Shown: piece by piece, positions 1 through 9,839 of the stretch
Layout: each line of letters opens with the position of its first letter
How positions within the stretch are numbered: the stretch's first letter is position 1
Source: an uncultured Gemmatimonadaceae bacterium
Lineage (GTDB): Bacteria > Gemmatimonadota > Gemmatimonadetes > Gemmatimonadales > Gemmatimonadaceae
Direction of reading: 5' to 3'
DNA: 64,000 bases
NCBI GenBank assembly: GCA_963740355.1
Contig: CAVUDW010000003.1
Span: 1,888,001-1,952,000 of the forward strand
The notes under the pieces: generated by a model
Told to the model about the DNA's origin: nothing
Seen by the model: the letters and a program-made list of their open reading frames with translations, nothing else
Databases searched by the model: none
Program-made: the position numbers and the translations under genes

Positions 1-90
1 GGCACAGTACCGTGTCTTTGTTGTCCGGCATTCCACCACAGCGTGTAATCGGTCACGCGCTGTGGTGGAGCGGAGTGCGTTCAGGAGCAG

Positions 91-606
91 CTACTCGCGC
101 ATGAAGTGACAGGTGTAGCCGTTCGGATTCTTGCGCAGATAGTCCTGATGGTACGCCTCGGCAGTGTACCACGGCCCGGCCGGCTCGATGCTTGTGGTAA
201 TCGGACGCTTCCAGCGCCCCGAGGCGTCGACGCGCGCGATCACGCGCTCCGCCGTGGCCTGCTGCTCCGGTGACTGCGGGAAGATGGCGGAACGGTACTG
301 CGTGCCGACGTCATTGCCTTGGCGGTTCAGCGTCGTGGGGTCATGGAGCTTGAAGAACCACTGCTCCAGCAGCGTCTCGTAGCTGAGCACTGAAGGGTTG
401 AACGTCACGCGGATGGCCTCGGCGTGGCCCGACTTGCTATCGTGCGTGTCGTGGTAGGTCGGGTTCTCCAGCCAGCCACCGGTGTAGCCGACGTCGGTAT
501 CAAGCACACCCGGGACGTTCCGCAGGATGTCTTCGACACCCCAGAAGCATCCGCCGGCAAGGACTGCCACCTCCGGCGCCTGGCTCCCCGTCTTCGCATC
601 GTCCAT
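91..606 (-). CDS. msrA: peptide-methionine (S)-S-oxide reductase MsrA
   Basis: GGCFWG active site, GYTGG, HAE, HDPT..RQGNDVGTQYRS, AE.YHQ.Y and C-terminal GYTCH; ATG at 606 follows GGAG. Confidence 0.97.
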   Translation of the reverse strand: MDDAKTGSQAPEVAVLAGGCFWGVEDILRNVPGVLDTDVGYTGGWLENPTYHDTHDSKSGHAEAIRVTFNPSVLSYETLLEQWFFKLHDPTTLNRQGNDVGTQYRSAIFPQSPEQQATAERVIARVDASGRWKRPITTSIEPAGPWYTAEAYHQDYLRKNPNGYTCHFMRE

Positions 607-948
607 CACTGTCACTCCGTCCGTTGGTCCATTGCCAGTGTCGCCATGCCGCCAACCAGTGGTGGATCATGCGACCGTGTGCGCGTCGTCATCAATTAGA
701 ACACCGCGACCTGATTGCCGGTGCCGTGACGTTGAGAGGCTCAGAGTTCCAGCCCAAGTCATGGCGCCCAACAGATACCGGACTTTCAGACGTCGATGCC
801 CACCACGAGCTTCCCACTCGAGCGGATCGAAACGATTCACGGGCATCGAGCGAAGCGTCCGGGGTGATCGTCACGTCATGACTCGCGTGCAATCAAGAAT
901 GAGCGGTGAGCTCGTGCGCGCGTGTGGGTGCCACGGTCAACATCACCG

Positions 949-1386
949 TCACGCCAGCCAGCCTCGGCGCGCGGCCATCTCTGCCAGCAGTACCAGCAGT
1001 GCGGCACCGACTAGCACCGTCACACCGAGCGGTAGCGAGCCGCCAGTGCCGACGCCGAGCACCCAGCCCCAGTCGATGACGACCGCAACAGCCGAGAGCC
1101 AGAGCAGCCCACGTGACCAGCGGCGCAGCAGGGCGAGGCCGACGGATCCGACAACTCCGGTGATGCATGAAACGCCGTAGGCGACGAATACGAACATGGG
1201 CATCGCTGCGACGCCGGGTGACACCGCGCCAGGTCCGAACACGCCCGCATCCGCCAGGAATGTTCCGAGACCGATCAGGTTCCACAGCACGGCAACGGCG
1301 CCGACAATCCTGATCCAACGGGGGGCGGGCGCTGCACTGGCCGACGCAGCGGCGCCGGCGACGTCATGAATTGGGGACTGCGGCAT
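949..1386 (-). CDS. four-TM hypothetical membrane protein
   Basis: 145 aa ORF with four hydrophobic segments (AVLWNLIGL, GVVGSVGLALLRRW). Confidence 0.75.
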   Translation of the reverse strand: MPQSPIHDVAGAAASASAAPAPRWIRIVGAVAVLWNLIGLGTFLADAGVFGPGAVSPGVAAMPMFVFVAYGVSCITGVVGSVGLALLRRWSRGLLWLSAVAVVIDWGWVLGVGTGGSLPLGVTVLVGAALLVLLAEMAARRGWLA

Positions 1387-1586
1387 CGGATCACCTTCCG
1401 CGTGGAGTGCGATGGTGCGCCACTCTGCGGCGTCAAGAACGCCGGCCTGGCGCAGTCCCGCATGGTTGTCGGGCCCATGGTGAAGCTACGACCAACATAT
1501 TGCGCGTGCGCACCACCCGTCATCGTTGTGACGGCCGACGTTGGCTCCGCCCGCGCCCCTGCGCAACACACGCGACGCGAGCTGCC

Positions 1587-2732
1587 TTACGGAAGCACCT
1601 GAAACACCGCTCGTTCCGTCGTCAGCGGCAGCACTTCCTTCACCAGTGTAACGAGGAAGCGACCCGACTCCTCGAACATCGGATAGTGCGCACTCCGCTC
1701 GAAGGTGATGAAGCGCTTGTGCGGTGACCTGATCGTCTCGAAGTACTGTCGGGCCGACTCGTAGGGCGTGTGCAGGTCGTAGCGACCCTGCAGGATGATG
1801 ATGGGCACCTTGAACTCCCGCCCGATATCGCTCAGGTCGAGCGACGCGGTCTTCGCGGCGAGCTGCTCCCCACCCCAGCGGACGCCGCGCATGAACGCCT
1901 CCACCTCAGGGGCAGTGTATTCCGGCGCCCAGTCGGGCAGCGCGAACCAGAGCTTGAAATCGGGACGCCCATACCAGCCGCCGTTGTACACGCGTGCAGC
2001 ACGGCGCACGGCGATGATGTTCTGCAGCGGCGTGGGCGACCCGACGCTCGGGTACGGCGCCAGCGCCCGCAACTCCTTCAGAGTGGAGTCATCCCCTCGC
2101 TGTTGCGCGATCTCCATCACCCGGCGGTACACGACGGTCTCGATGTCACCGGCCGCGACCTGCCCCACACCAACATAGGCCGACACCCATTCCGGACGAC
2201 GCTTGATCAGCCGCATGCCGATCTCGCTGCCGAACGAGAATCCCATCACGACGATCTTGTCACGGCCGAACTGACGACGCAGCTGCGCCACCACCGCCTC
2301 GGCATCGGTCACCATCCGCTCGACCGACATCGTCGGCGCGAGTGCCGCGGTATCGGCGTCGACGTGGTTCTTGCCGACGCCGCGCTGCTCCCACTGGACG
2401 ACGGTGAAGTAGTCCTCCCATGGCCCCTGATAGGCCCAGGCTGAGCCCATCATGGCGGCCCCGGGGCCGCCATGGATGAAGAGCAGGATCGGATTGTTGC
2501 GATTGAGTCCCCGAATCGAGATCCACTGGTTGCTGCCGTCGATGGACAGACGCTGCAGCGTGTCGATCCCTTCCGGCGTGCTGATTTTCCGCAGGTCGCG
2601 GATCCTCGCGACAATCGAATCGCGATACGGCACCGGCGGCGGAAAGAGCGACTGGGCGGCCGCCGGGCGGACGCTCGAAAAGACGAGCAGGAAAGCCACG
2701 GCCGCGGAGCGGGCGAACGATGGAAGGCGCAT
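1587..2732 (-). CDS. secreted alpha/beta hydrolase (proline iminopeptidase-like)
   Basis: Signal peptide, HGGPG oxyanion loop, GFSFG nucleophile elbow, GRYD, SAH.P..EE; start moved to ATG 2732. Confidence 0.88.
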   Translation of the reverse strand: MRLPSFARSAAVAFLLVFSSVRPAAAQSLFPPPVPYRDSIVARIRDLRKISTPEGIDTLQRLSIDGSNQWISIRGLNRNNPILLFIHGGPGAAMMGSAWAYQGPWEDYFTVVQWEQRGVGKNHVDADTAALAPTMSVERMVTDAEAVVAQLRRQFGRDKIVVMGFSFGSEIGMRLIKRRPEWVSAYVGVGQVAAGDIETVVYRRVMEIAQQRGDDSTLKELRALAPYPSVGSPTPLQNIIAVRRAARVYNGGWYGRPDFKLWFALPDWAPEYTAPEVEAFMRGVRWGGEQLAAKTASLDLSDIGREFKVPIIILQGRYDLHTPYESARQYFETIRSPHKRFITFERSAHYPMFEESGRFLVTLVKEVLPLTTERAVFQVLP

Positions 2733-2785
2733 ATTGAAAGCATGCTGCCCGCGCCTGACGTAAGCCACCCCCGGATCGGCTGCGG

Positions 2786-4375
2786 ATGCTGAGACTTCGG
2801 TCATTCCTCAGCATCGCCGTCTGCCTGACCGTGTCCTGCGAGCGAGCGACCGCGCAGGCGTCGCCCGACCTGATCCTGCGTGGAGGGACCATCGTCGACG
2901 GGACTGGCGCACCTGGTCGCCACGCAGATGTCGCCATTCGCGGTGGTGTGATCGTCGCCGTTGGGCGAAATCTGCGCCGTGCTGCCAACACGCGGATCAT
3001 CGATGTCACCGGTCTGGTTGTGGCCCCGGGATTCATCGATCCTCACGCGCATATCAGCACCATCGCTCAGCAGCCGGATGCGGAGAATTTCCTGCGGCAG
3101 GGAATCACCACGATCTTCAACAGCTTGCACAGTCTCGACCAACCGTACCCGCTCGGTGCGTTCCTCGACACGCTGCACGTTGCCCCGAACACGCTTTGGA
3201 CGGCCGGTCACACCTGGCTGCGAAATCGCGTGATGGGACATGACAATCGGGCGCCGACCGCAGTGGAGTTGGACAGCATGTCCGCCCTCGTTTCGCGCGC
3301 GATGGACGACGGAGCGTTTGGACTCGGCACGGGTCTCGAATACATCCCCGCGGTGTATGCAAAGCGCGCTGAGGTGGTTGCGCTGGCACGGGCCGCGAAG
3401 CGTCCTGGGTCGCTGTACGTCACGCACCTGCGGGACGAAGGGGCTACGCTCGAGCTGGCGGTGGCGGAGGCGATCGACATCGGGCGAAGCACAGCACAGC
3501 CGGTGCACATCAGTCACGTCAAGAGCACTGGCGTGGGCAACTGGGGCAAGAGCACCAGAATCCTCCACACCATCGACTCGGTGAATTCGAGCGGGCAGCG
3601 TGTGTCGTTCGATGTCTACCCGTACGCAGCGTATAGCACCTACTCCGATGTCCTGTTTCCCGGCTGGGTTCTGGCGGATGGCCAGGATTCGGTGCGTGCG
3701 CGACTCACATCACCAGAAACGGTACAGCGCGTACATGCGGAGATGCGTCCGATCTTTACCGCGCAGACCAGCGGCACCGCCAAGGGGATTCTGTTCCGTA
3801 CGATTCCCTCTGCCCCGGAGTTCACCGGGCGGACACTTGCCGACTTTCTCGCCGCACGCGGGGTCGCTGAGTCACTGGACGCAATCATCGACGCCGTGAT
3901 CGCCTTGCAACGGGATGGCGGCTTCACGGCAATGTTCGAGGCCATGAGCGAGCGAGACATCGAGGCGTTCCTGCGTCACCCCGCGTCCATGGTGTCATCT
4001 GACGGCGATCTGGTCACCCCCGGCAAGGGATTTCCGCATCCGCGCAGCTACGGCGCCTTCCCGCGCATGCTCTCGCAGTATGTGAGTGAACGCGGCGTCC
4101 TGTCATTCGAATCAGCTGTTGCGAAGATGACGGGCGTGCCCGCGCGTACGCTCGGCCTTCGCGATCGCGGGCTGCTGCGCGTCGGCATGGTGGCGGACAT
4201 CGTCGTCTTCGATCGCGCGCGGTTTCGCGACAGGGCCACGTTCACCGATCCGCATCACTACGCGGAGGGCGTCGTGGATCTGTTCATCAACGGCCAGGCA
4301 GTGATACTCGATGGCGTGATGACCGGTGCCCGGCCTGGGCGCGCGCTGCGACGGCCGGGATGGCGCCGACGCTGA
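2786..4375 (+). CDS. N-acyl-D-amino-acid deacylase family amidohydrolase
   Basis: PGFIDPHAH, THLRDE, HISH.K, SDG, HPRSYGAFPR. Confidence 0.92.
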   Translation: MLRLRSFLSIAVCLTVSCERATAQASPDLILRGGTIVDGTGAPGRHADVAIRGGVIVAVGRNLRRAANTRIIDVTGLVVAPGFIDPHAHISTIAQQPDAENFLRQGITTIFNSLHSLDQPYPLGAFLDTLHVAPNTLWTAGHTWLRNRVMGHDNRAPTAVELDSMSALVSRAMDDGAFGLGTGLEYIPAVYAKRAEVVALARAAKRPGSLYVTHLRDEGATLELAVAEAIDIGRSTAQPVHISHVKSTGVGNWGKSTRILHTIDSVNSSGQRVSFDVYPYAAYSTYSDVLFPGWVLADGQDSVRARLTSPETVQRVHAEMRPIFTAQTSGTAKGILFRTIPSAPEFTGRTLADFLAARGVAESLDAIIDAVIALQRDGGFTAMFEAMSERDIEAFLRHPASMVSSDGDLVTPGKGFPHPRSYGAFPRMLSQYVSERGVLSFESAVAKMTGVPARTLGLRDRGLLRVGMVADIVVFDRARFRDRATFTDPHHYAEGVVDLFINGQAVILDGVMTGARPGRALRRPGWRRR

Positions 4376-4393
4376 ACGGGACGTGCGAAATCC

Positions 4394-7300
4394 TCACGGC
4401 TGCTCAGCAGAAATGCGGAGTGCCGTGAGTTTCCCTTGCGGACCCAGCGACACCACAACGCGGAATCGCTCCGGACCAAACCACGCGAAGTACTGGCGTT
4501 CCACATCGTCACCCACCTCGCGGCGCGCCAGTAGTTCGAGACGCGTCGGTGCACCCTTGCCCCGCAGCGTCGCCGTGAGCGCAGCGCGCATTCGCGGGAA
4601 CACGGTCTGACGCACCACTTCGAAATCATCCAGTGACAGCGAGCCGCTGGCCACACGCGTCAGTACGGCCTGCACCGTCGCGGTGGCTTGCGGATCCCGA
4701 TCGGGAATCGCCGTCACTGGCGCCGGCGATGCGGTCAGCGTCGAGTCCACCAGCGCGGCGACCTGCATGGCCAGCGCCGCCGGCGCCATCACGCGCGCAT
4801 TGGAGAGCACCATCACGGCGAGATCTTCATCCGGGAAGCGCGTGTACTGCGACACGAATCCCTGCCATGTGCCGCCATGCTCCTGCACCGGATGCCCACC
4901 GGCCTCGCCAAGGAACCAGCCGAAACCGTATGGATAGGTGCGTCCGCTGTTCAGCCGCGTCGCGGAGAGCATCAACGCCCAACTCTCTGGACGGAGCACC
5001 TTCCGTTCGCGCACCACGTCGTTCCACGCGATCAAGTCGCGCAGCGACAACAGCATGGAGCCGTCTGCCGTGGTGTTGAGGCGTGGCGCGACCCACGCCG
5101 CGTGCTCCCAGCCTGCTGAATTGGTGAGATAGCCGTGCGCGCGGTGCGGCACGACAGCGGACTCGGTGATCACCCGTATCGTCGGCATTCCAGCCGGCGT
5201 GAAGATCCGCTCCCGGAGGAATTCGTCATACGGACGCCCCGTGACCCGCGTCATGATGATGCCGAGGAGCACGTACCCGGTGTTGGAGTAGTTCCATCGC
5301 GCGCCCGCCGAGAACTCCAGCGGCAACGCAGAGGCCATCGCGATCAACTCGGCGTCGCTGTAGTCCTTGCGATAGTCGAAGCTGTCGCTGGTGTAGTCGG
5401 GAACGCCGCCGAGGTGCCCGAGGAGATGGCGAATTGTGATCGGTTGCCACGTGGCGGGGACTTCGGGGAGGTAGTGGCGCACGGAGCTGTCGAGCGCCAT
5501 GCGGCCGTCCTCCACCAGCGCGAGGATTCCAGCCGCAGTGAACTGCTTGCCGAGTGATCCTGACTGGAACATCGTCTCATCGGTGACCGGCGTCCGGTTC
5601 TCCAGTTCCGCCACACCGAAGCCGCGCGAGAGACTCACCTCGCCGCGGCGGATCACCGCGATCGCCAGCCCGGGAATGCGGGCCGCTTCCATGGTGCGGC
5701 GAACCAGCGTGTCGATGGCAGCGGTCGTCGGCATTGCGTCGCGTCGAAGTGACCAGGGCAGCGTGAGCGGCGCCGGGTTTGGCCAGATCCGGTCCAGCGT
5801 GCCGCCGCGATACAGTGCCCCACCCTTCATCACGCTGTTGATCGATCGCGCATTGCGGATGTTCTGCAGCGGGTCGGCATCGAGAACCACGAGATCGGCG
5901 ACCTTCCCGGCCTCGATCGATCCCAGATCAGTATCCAGGCCGAGCGCGCGCGCGCCTTCGATCGTGGCCACGCGCAGTACCTCGTCAGGGCGCATCCCGC
6001 CGTCCGCGAGCAGCCCCATCTCCCAGTGATTGGAGAGCCCCTGCACCTCGCCGTGCCCACCCAGCCCGATGTGTCCACCGGCACGCAGCACATCAACCGC
6101 GCCAGCCGCGGCCGCGCGATCATTGAAATCCTGAGGCGGGAACCAGAGCACGCGGGACGACGACTTCTGAAACAGCGCACCATCTGGGAACCAGCGATTG
6201 ATACGGGCGTCTTCGTGCGGCCGCTCCTCGGCCAGCAGGCGGTAGATCGGCAGCGCACCACCGAACGCCACGATGAGCGTGGGTGTGTTGGTGATGCCGG
6301 TGCGCGCCATCAACTGCACCACGTCGTCGTGAATGGGCGACTCGGGGATGGCGTGCTCCAGACCACTGAAGCCGTCGAGGATGTGTGTGATGTCTTCCTT
6401 GCCGTCCGCCCCGCCCTCGGTCGTCGGCATGAGACCGAGTTCGCGCGCGGCCTCGACGAGCCACTGCCGCTGTTGACGCGAGCCCGTCAGGTACGACTTG
6501 AGGTAGGCGGTCCCGTATTCGTCGCGGTATCGGCGGAGCTCGCGACGGGCGTCGTCCAGCGACTGGAAGTTCGTTGCGGCGAAGATGCCCGGACCGGTGG
6601 ATAGCACCCGCGGGCTCGGTACGCCGTCCACTTCCACGAGATTGGCGAGATCGAAGATGTCCGGCGTGACCTGCGGGTCGCGGATGGTGGTGATGCCAAA
6701 GGCGAGGTTGGCGAAGCCATTGGTGGACTCGGGCTGCAGGAGCGTTCCCGCCGATCCCCAATGCGCATGCAGGTCGATGAACCCTGGGACAATGAACTTC
6801 CCGGTCAGGTCGATCACCCGCGCGCCGTCGGGAGTGGGGACATTCCCGCGCGCACCAACGCCGACGATTCGGCCATCGGTGACCGTCACGTCGGCGTCCC
6901 GAAGCACCTCTGCGCCGCGCATGGTGATCACCGTCGCACCGCGGAGCACGACCGTGCCGGTGACTGTGGCACGCGGCAGCGACACTTCAAAGGATCGTGG
7001 CGCAGATGCTGTCGCTGGCGGAGTGACTGGTGGCACGGCAGCGGACGCCGCAGCAGCTCCAGCCGGCCGCGGCGCTGGCCCGACTACGCGGATCACGCCA
7101 CCGGCGGCGGCGACTTCCACTCGTTGTGCATTGGGCGGCAGTTCACCCGGCGGCACCGTCAGGGTGGAACGGAGCGGTGCGGTGTTCGCGATGATCGCGC
7201 GGCCGTCCTCGCTCCATGTGGGGTCAGCCCACCAGGCAGGCGCCGTGGTAAGGCGTACTGGTGACGCACTTCGGTCGGAGCGCGCTTTCCAGAGGGCACC

Positions 7301-8551
7301 GCCGGTCTCGTCCCACGTCACGAATGCCACCCATCGCCCGTCGGGCGACCACGCGGGCATGAACTCCCGGGCCCGGGGTGTGTCGGTGAGACGTCGTGGT
7401 GTACCGGTGGCGTCGGCCACCCACACGCGGCCCAGTGCGGAGAACGCCACGCGTCCATCGCGGGCGGTCGTCTGCTGCTGCACCCGTCGCGTGCGCACAG
7501 CGCCAGTGGCGAGCCGCTGCGGGAAGCGAAGGGTGGGCGTCACATCCAGCGCCACATCGGCGCTGAACGGTATGACGGTATCGGACCCGTCGTGCACACC
7601 GAGTCTGTGGATCTTGCCACCGAACGCCGCGAAGACGAAACGCCCATCAGGCGAAAACGCGGCGTTGGGCAACACATCTCGCGACGCGCGCGCTTCGAGC
7701 TGCTGACGGTCCACAGGGTACGCCAGCCATCGCTCGGCGCCGGTAGCAAGCGTTCGTGCGCGCAGCCCCGTCTGTCCTTCGCGCACGGTGCCGTACACCA
7801 GGGTGCCGCCGTCGGGCGAGAGCATCGGCTTCATGGCCGGTGTGCCTTCGACCGGCACGGGCGTCGCGGTACCGCCGCCAACCGGGATTCGCATCAGCAT
7901 GCTCGTCGCACCATTGCGGCTGCCGTACGGGCGCGGCGTGACGGATGTGAACCAGACAGTCGAACCATCGGGCGTTGGCCATGCGCCGTACGGGCCTGGA
8001 GGCGGAGAGGAGACCAGTGGTTGCGCCGGTCCGTTGCCATTGGCGACAAGCCGAACGCCCTCACCGGTTGCGACATCGAAGCGCCACAACTCAGCCGTGC
8101 GTGTCACATGCGGATCGGTGACCGTCACGAGGATGGCGCGACCGTCGGACGACCAGGCCGGCGACAGCATTCCTGATCGCGGAAGTCGCGTGACCGGTCG
8201 TGCGTCGCGCCCGTCCGCTGCGGCGATCCAGATGTTGTCGGACCCGCTCGCGTCGCTGATGAAGGCCAGCTGAGTTCCATCTGGGGAGAACCGGGGCTGC
8301 GACTGAAAGGCACGGCCGGACAGTATTGGCCGCGCCTGGCCGCCTTCGACCGGCACGCGATAGATGTCCCCCAGCAACTCGAAGACAAGCGCGCGCCCGT
8401 CACGGGTGACGTCGAGCGACACCCATGTTCCCTCAGTGGTGGTGAACGCCACGCGGCGCAGCGGCTGCGTGTCCTGCGCACGGACGCCAAGCGGCAGGAC
8501 ACCGACCAGCAGGACAAGGGTCACTGCGGTTGAGCGGCTACGGTGCAGCAT
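4394..8551 (-). CDS. fusion: TolB/PD40 beta-propeller + amidohydrolase + serine beta-lactamase-family domain
   Basis: PRFSPDG/PAWSPDG repeats; PGFIDLHAH..GKVADLV; SLGK (SxxK), YSN, HGG; signal peptide from ATG 8551. Confidence 0.9.
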   Translation of the reverse strand: MLHRSRSTAVTLVLLVGVLPLGVRAQDTQPLRRVAFTTTEGTWVSLDVTRDGRALVFELLGDIYRVPVEGGQARPILSGRAFQSQPRFSPDGTQLAFISDASGSDNIWIAAADGRDARPVTRLPRSGMLSPAWSSDGRAILVTVTDPHVTRTAELWRFDVATGEGVRLVANGNGPAQPLVSSPPPGPYGAWPTPDGSTVWFTSVTPRPYGSRNGATSMLMRIPVGGGTATPVPVEGTPAMKPMLSPDGGTLVYGTVREGQTGLRARTLATGAERWLAYPVDRQQLEARASRDVLPNAAFSPDGRFVFAAFGGKIHRLGVHDGSDTVIPFSADVALDVTPTLRFPQRLATGAVRTRRVQQQTTARDGRVAFSALGRVWVADATGTPRRLTDTPRAREFMPAWSPDGRWVAFVTWDETGGALWKARSDRSASPVRLTTAPAWWADPTWSEDGRAIIANTAPLRSTLTVPPGELPPNAQRVEVAAAGGVIRVVGPAPRPAGAAAASAAVPPVTPPATASAPRSFEVSLPRATVTGTVVLRGATVITMRGAEVLRDADVTVTDGRIVGVGARGNVPTPDGARVIDLTGKFIVPGFIDLHAHWGSAGTLLQPESTNGFANLAFGITTIRDPQVTPDIFDLANLVEVDGVPSPRVLSTGPGIFAATNFQSLDDARRELRRYRDEYGTAYLKSYLTGSRQQRQWLVEAARELGLMPTTEGGADGKEDITHILDGFSGLEHAIPESPIHDDVVQLMARTGITNTPTLIVAFGGALPIYRLLAEERPHEDARINRWFPDGALFQKSSSRVLWFPPQDFNDRAAAAGAVDVLRAGGHIGLGGHGEVQGLSNHWEMGLLADGGMRPDEVLRVATIEGARALGLDTDLGSIEAGKVADLVVLDADPLQNIRNARSINSVMKGGALYRGGTLDRIWPNPAPLTLPWSLRRDAMPTTAAIDTLVRRTMEAARIPGLAIAVIRRGEVSLSRGFGVAELENRTPVTDETMFQSGSLGKQFTAAGILALVEDGRMALDSSVRHYLPEVPATWQPITIRHLLGHLGGVPDYTSDSFDYRKDYSDAELIAMASALPLEFSAGARWNYSNTGYVLLGIIMTRVTGRPYDEFLRERIFTPAGMPTIRVITESAVVPHRAHGYLTNSAGWEHAAWVAPRLNTTADGSMLLSLRDLIAWNDVVRERKVLRPESWALMLSATRLNSGRTYPYGFGWFLGEAGGHPVQEHGGTWQGFVSQYTRFPDEDLAVMVLSNARVMAPAALAMQVAALVDSTLTASPAPVTAIPDRDPQATATVQAVLTRVASGSLSLDDFEVVRQTVFPRMRAALTATLRGKGAPTRLELLARREVGDDVERQYFAWFGPERFRVVVSLGPQGKLTALRISAEQP

Positions 8552-9167
8552 GGCACGGAACTCCGGCGGCAGGTGCGTGGGGATCCGACGTGGTGGGGCG
8601 AACCAGGCGCTCCACCTGCTCTCGTGCAAAGGCCGCCTGCCAACCGGCGGAGCGTGCGGGCTGCATCATGGCCAGATGAATCGCCATCCCCTCGACGAAG
8701 AGTGCGACCGCCATCCCGGTGGATTCAGCGTCGACGACGCCGAGCGGAGTCACCAGTTCAGTGAAGAATGCGAACCAGCTGCGCATGCGGCGATCGTGCG
8801 CGCGTCGCATCGCGGTCGAACCGACGGCGCTGCCATGAAAGGCCATGAGGAGCCGCCAGCTCGTTCGGCGTTCGGCATCGGTAGGGAGCAATTCCCGGAC
8901 GACGGCATGGAGGCGCTCGATACCGGTGTTGCTCGACGCGACCTGGCGCGCCCGGGCCATGTGTCGATCAAAGGCTTTCGCCTTCGTGTACGTCACCAAC
9001 GCGTCCTTCGACGCGAAGTAGTGCGTGATCACGCCGACGGTCACTCCGAGCGTGTCGGCGATATCGCGCAAGGTGACGCGCTCGAGGCCGCGCGAGGCGA
9101 TGGTGCCGGCGGCGCCCTGCGCGATGGCGTCGCGCCGAGCGACGTGATCGCCGACTGGGCGGCTCAC
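8538..9167 (-). CDS. TetR family (BetI-like) transcriptional regulator
   Basis: GLERVTLRDIADTLGVTVGVITHYFASKDAL HTH; GTG start at 9167 inferred. Confidence 0.88.
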   Translation of the reverse strand: MSRPVGDHVARRDAIAQGAAGTIASRGLERVTLRDIADTLGVTVGVITHYFASKDALVTYTKAKAFDRHMARARQVASSNTGIERLHAVVRELLPTDAERRTSWRLLMAFHGSAVGSTAMRRAHDRRMRSWFAFFTELVTPLGVVDAESTGMAVALFVEGMAIHLAMMQPARSAGWQAAFAREQVERLVRPTTSDPHAPAAGVPCHAAP

Positions 9168-9310
9168 GTGGTGGTGCTGCTGGCGGTCACGCGGCGTCGG
9201 GCGCAGGCGATTCCCATAATCGTTGTTATGGTAACGCGGGATGTCGGAGCCGCAACCTTGGTCGGCGCGCGCCATCGTAGCATGGCCGCGCGGCCGCTTC
9301 GCTCACTCAC

Positions 9311-9718
9311 TCACACCATGTACAGCTCCCACTTGATCGCGTCCGGATCCTTGAACGCGACATACTCCTTGCCCAGCACTTCATCCGTCTTGACCCCGGT
9401 GGATTCGATACCCCACCCGGTGAGCGCCGAGGCAACACGATGCAGTTCGGCGACGTCTGCACAGGCCAGCGCGACGTGATCGAGGCCGACACGAAACGGA
9501 TCGAAGGCATCACCGGCCGCGGTCGTTGCGCCGGGCGCCCGGATCGCGAACGCAGTCTGCCCGGCAGCAAAGATGAGGATCTCAGGAGTCTCCAGCAGCG
9601 GGACGAACCCCAGCGTGTCGATGTAGAACATGCGCGCCCGCGGCAGGTCGGTGCAGCGGAGCGCGACGTGGTGCACGCCGGCGGTGACGATGTTGATGGA
9701 CGTGGGCGATTCTGACAT
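9311..9718 (-). CDS. VOC/glyoxalase family protein
   Basis: GVHHVAL..DL..AR.FY..LG, GLDHVAL, FKDPD.I.WE. Confidence 0.92.
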   Translation of the reverse strand: MSESPTSINIVTAGVHHVALRCTDLPRARMFYIDTLGFVPLLETPEILIFAAGQTAFAIRAPGATTAAGDAFDPFRVGLDHVALACADVAELHRVASALTGWGIESTGVKTDEVLGKEYVAFKDPDAIKWELYMV

Positions 9719-9806
9719 GGAGTGCTCCGTGCAAGCGTGAAATCTCGGGAGCGCCGACCGGACATTTCATCGACGCAAGGCTGCCACGCGTCTATACTGA
9801 CCGGCA

Positions 9807-9830
9807 CGTCTCACCTGCGTCTCACCTGCG
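9807..9830. promoter_or_regulatory. 11-bp tandem direct repeat, putative SARP/BTAD-type operator
   Basis: CGTCTCACCTG x2 (+CG) just upstream of the BTAD gene, in the divergent intergenic region. Confidence 0.55.
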
Positions 9831-9839
9831 CGCCTCCCC

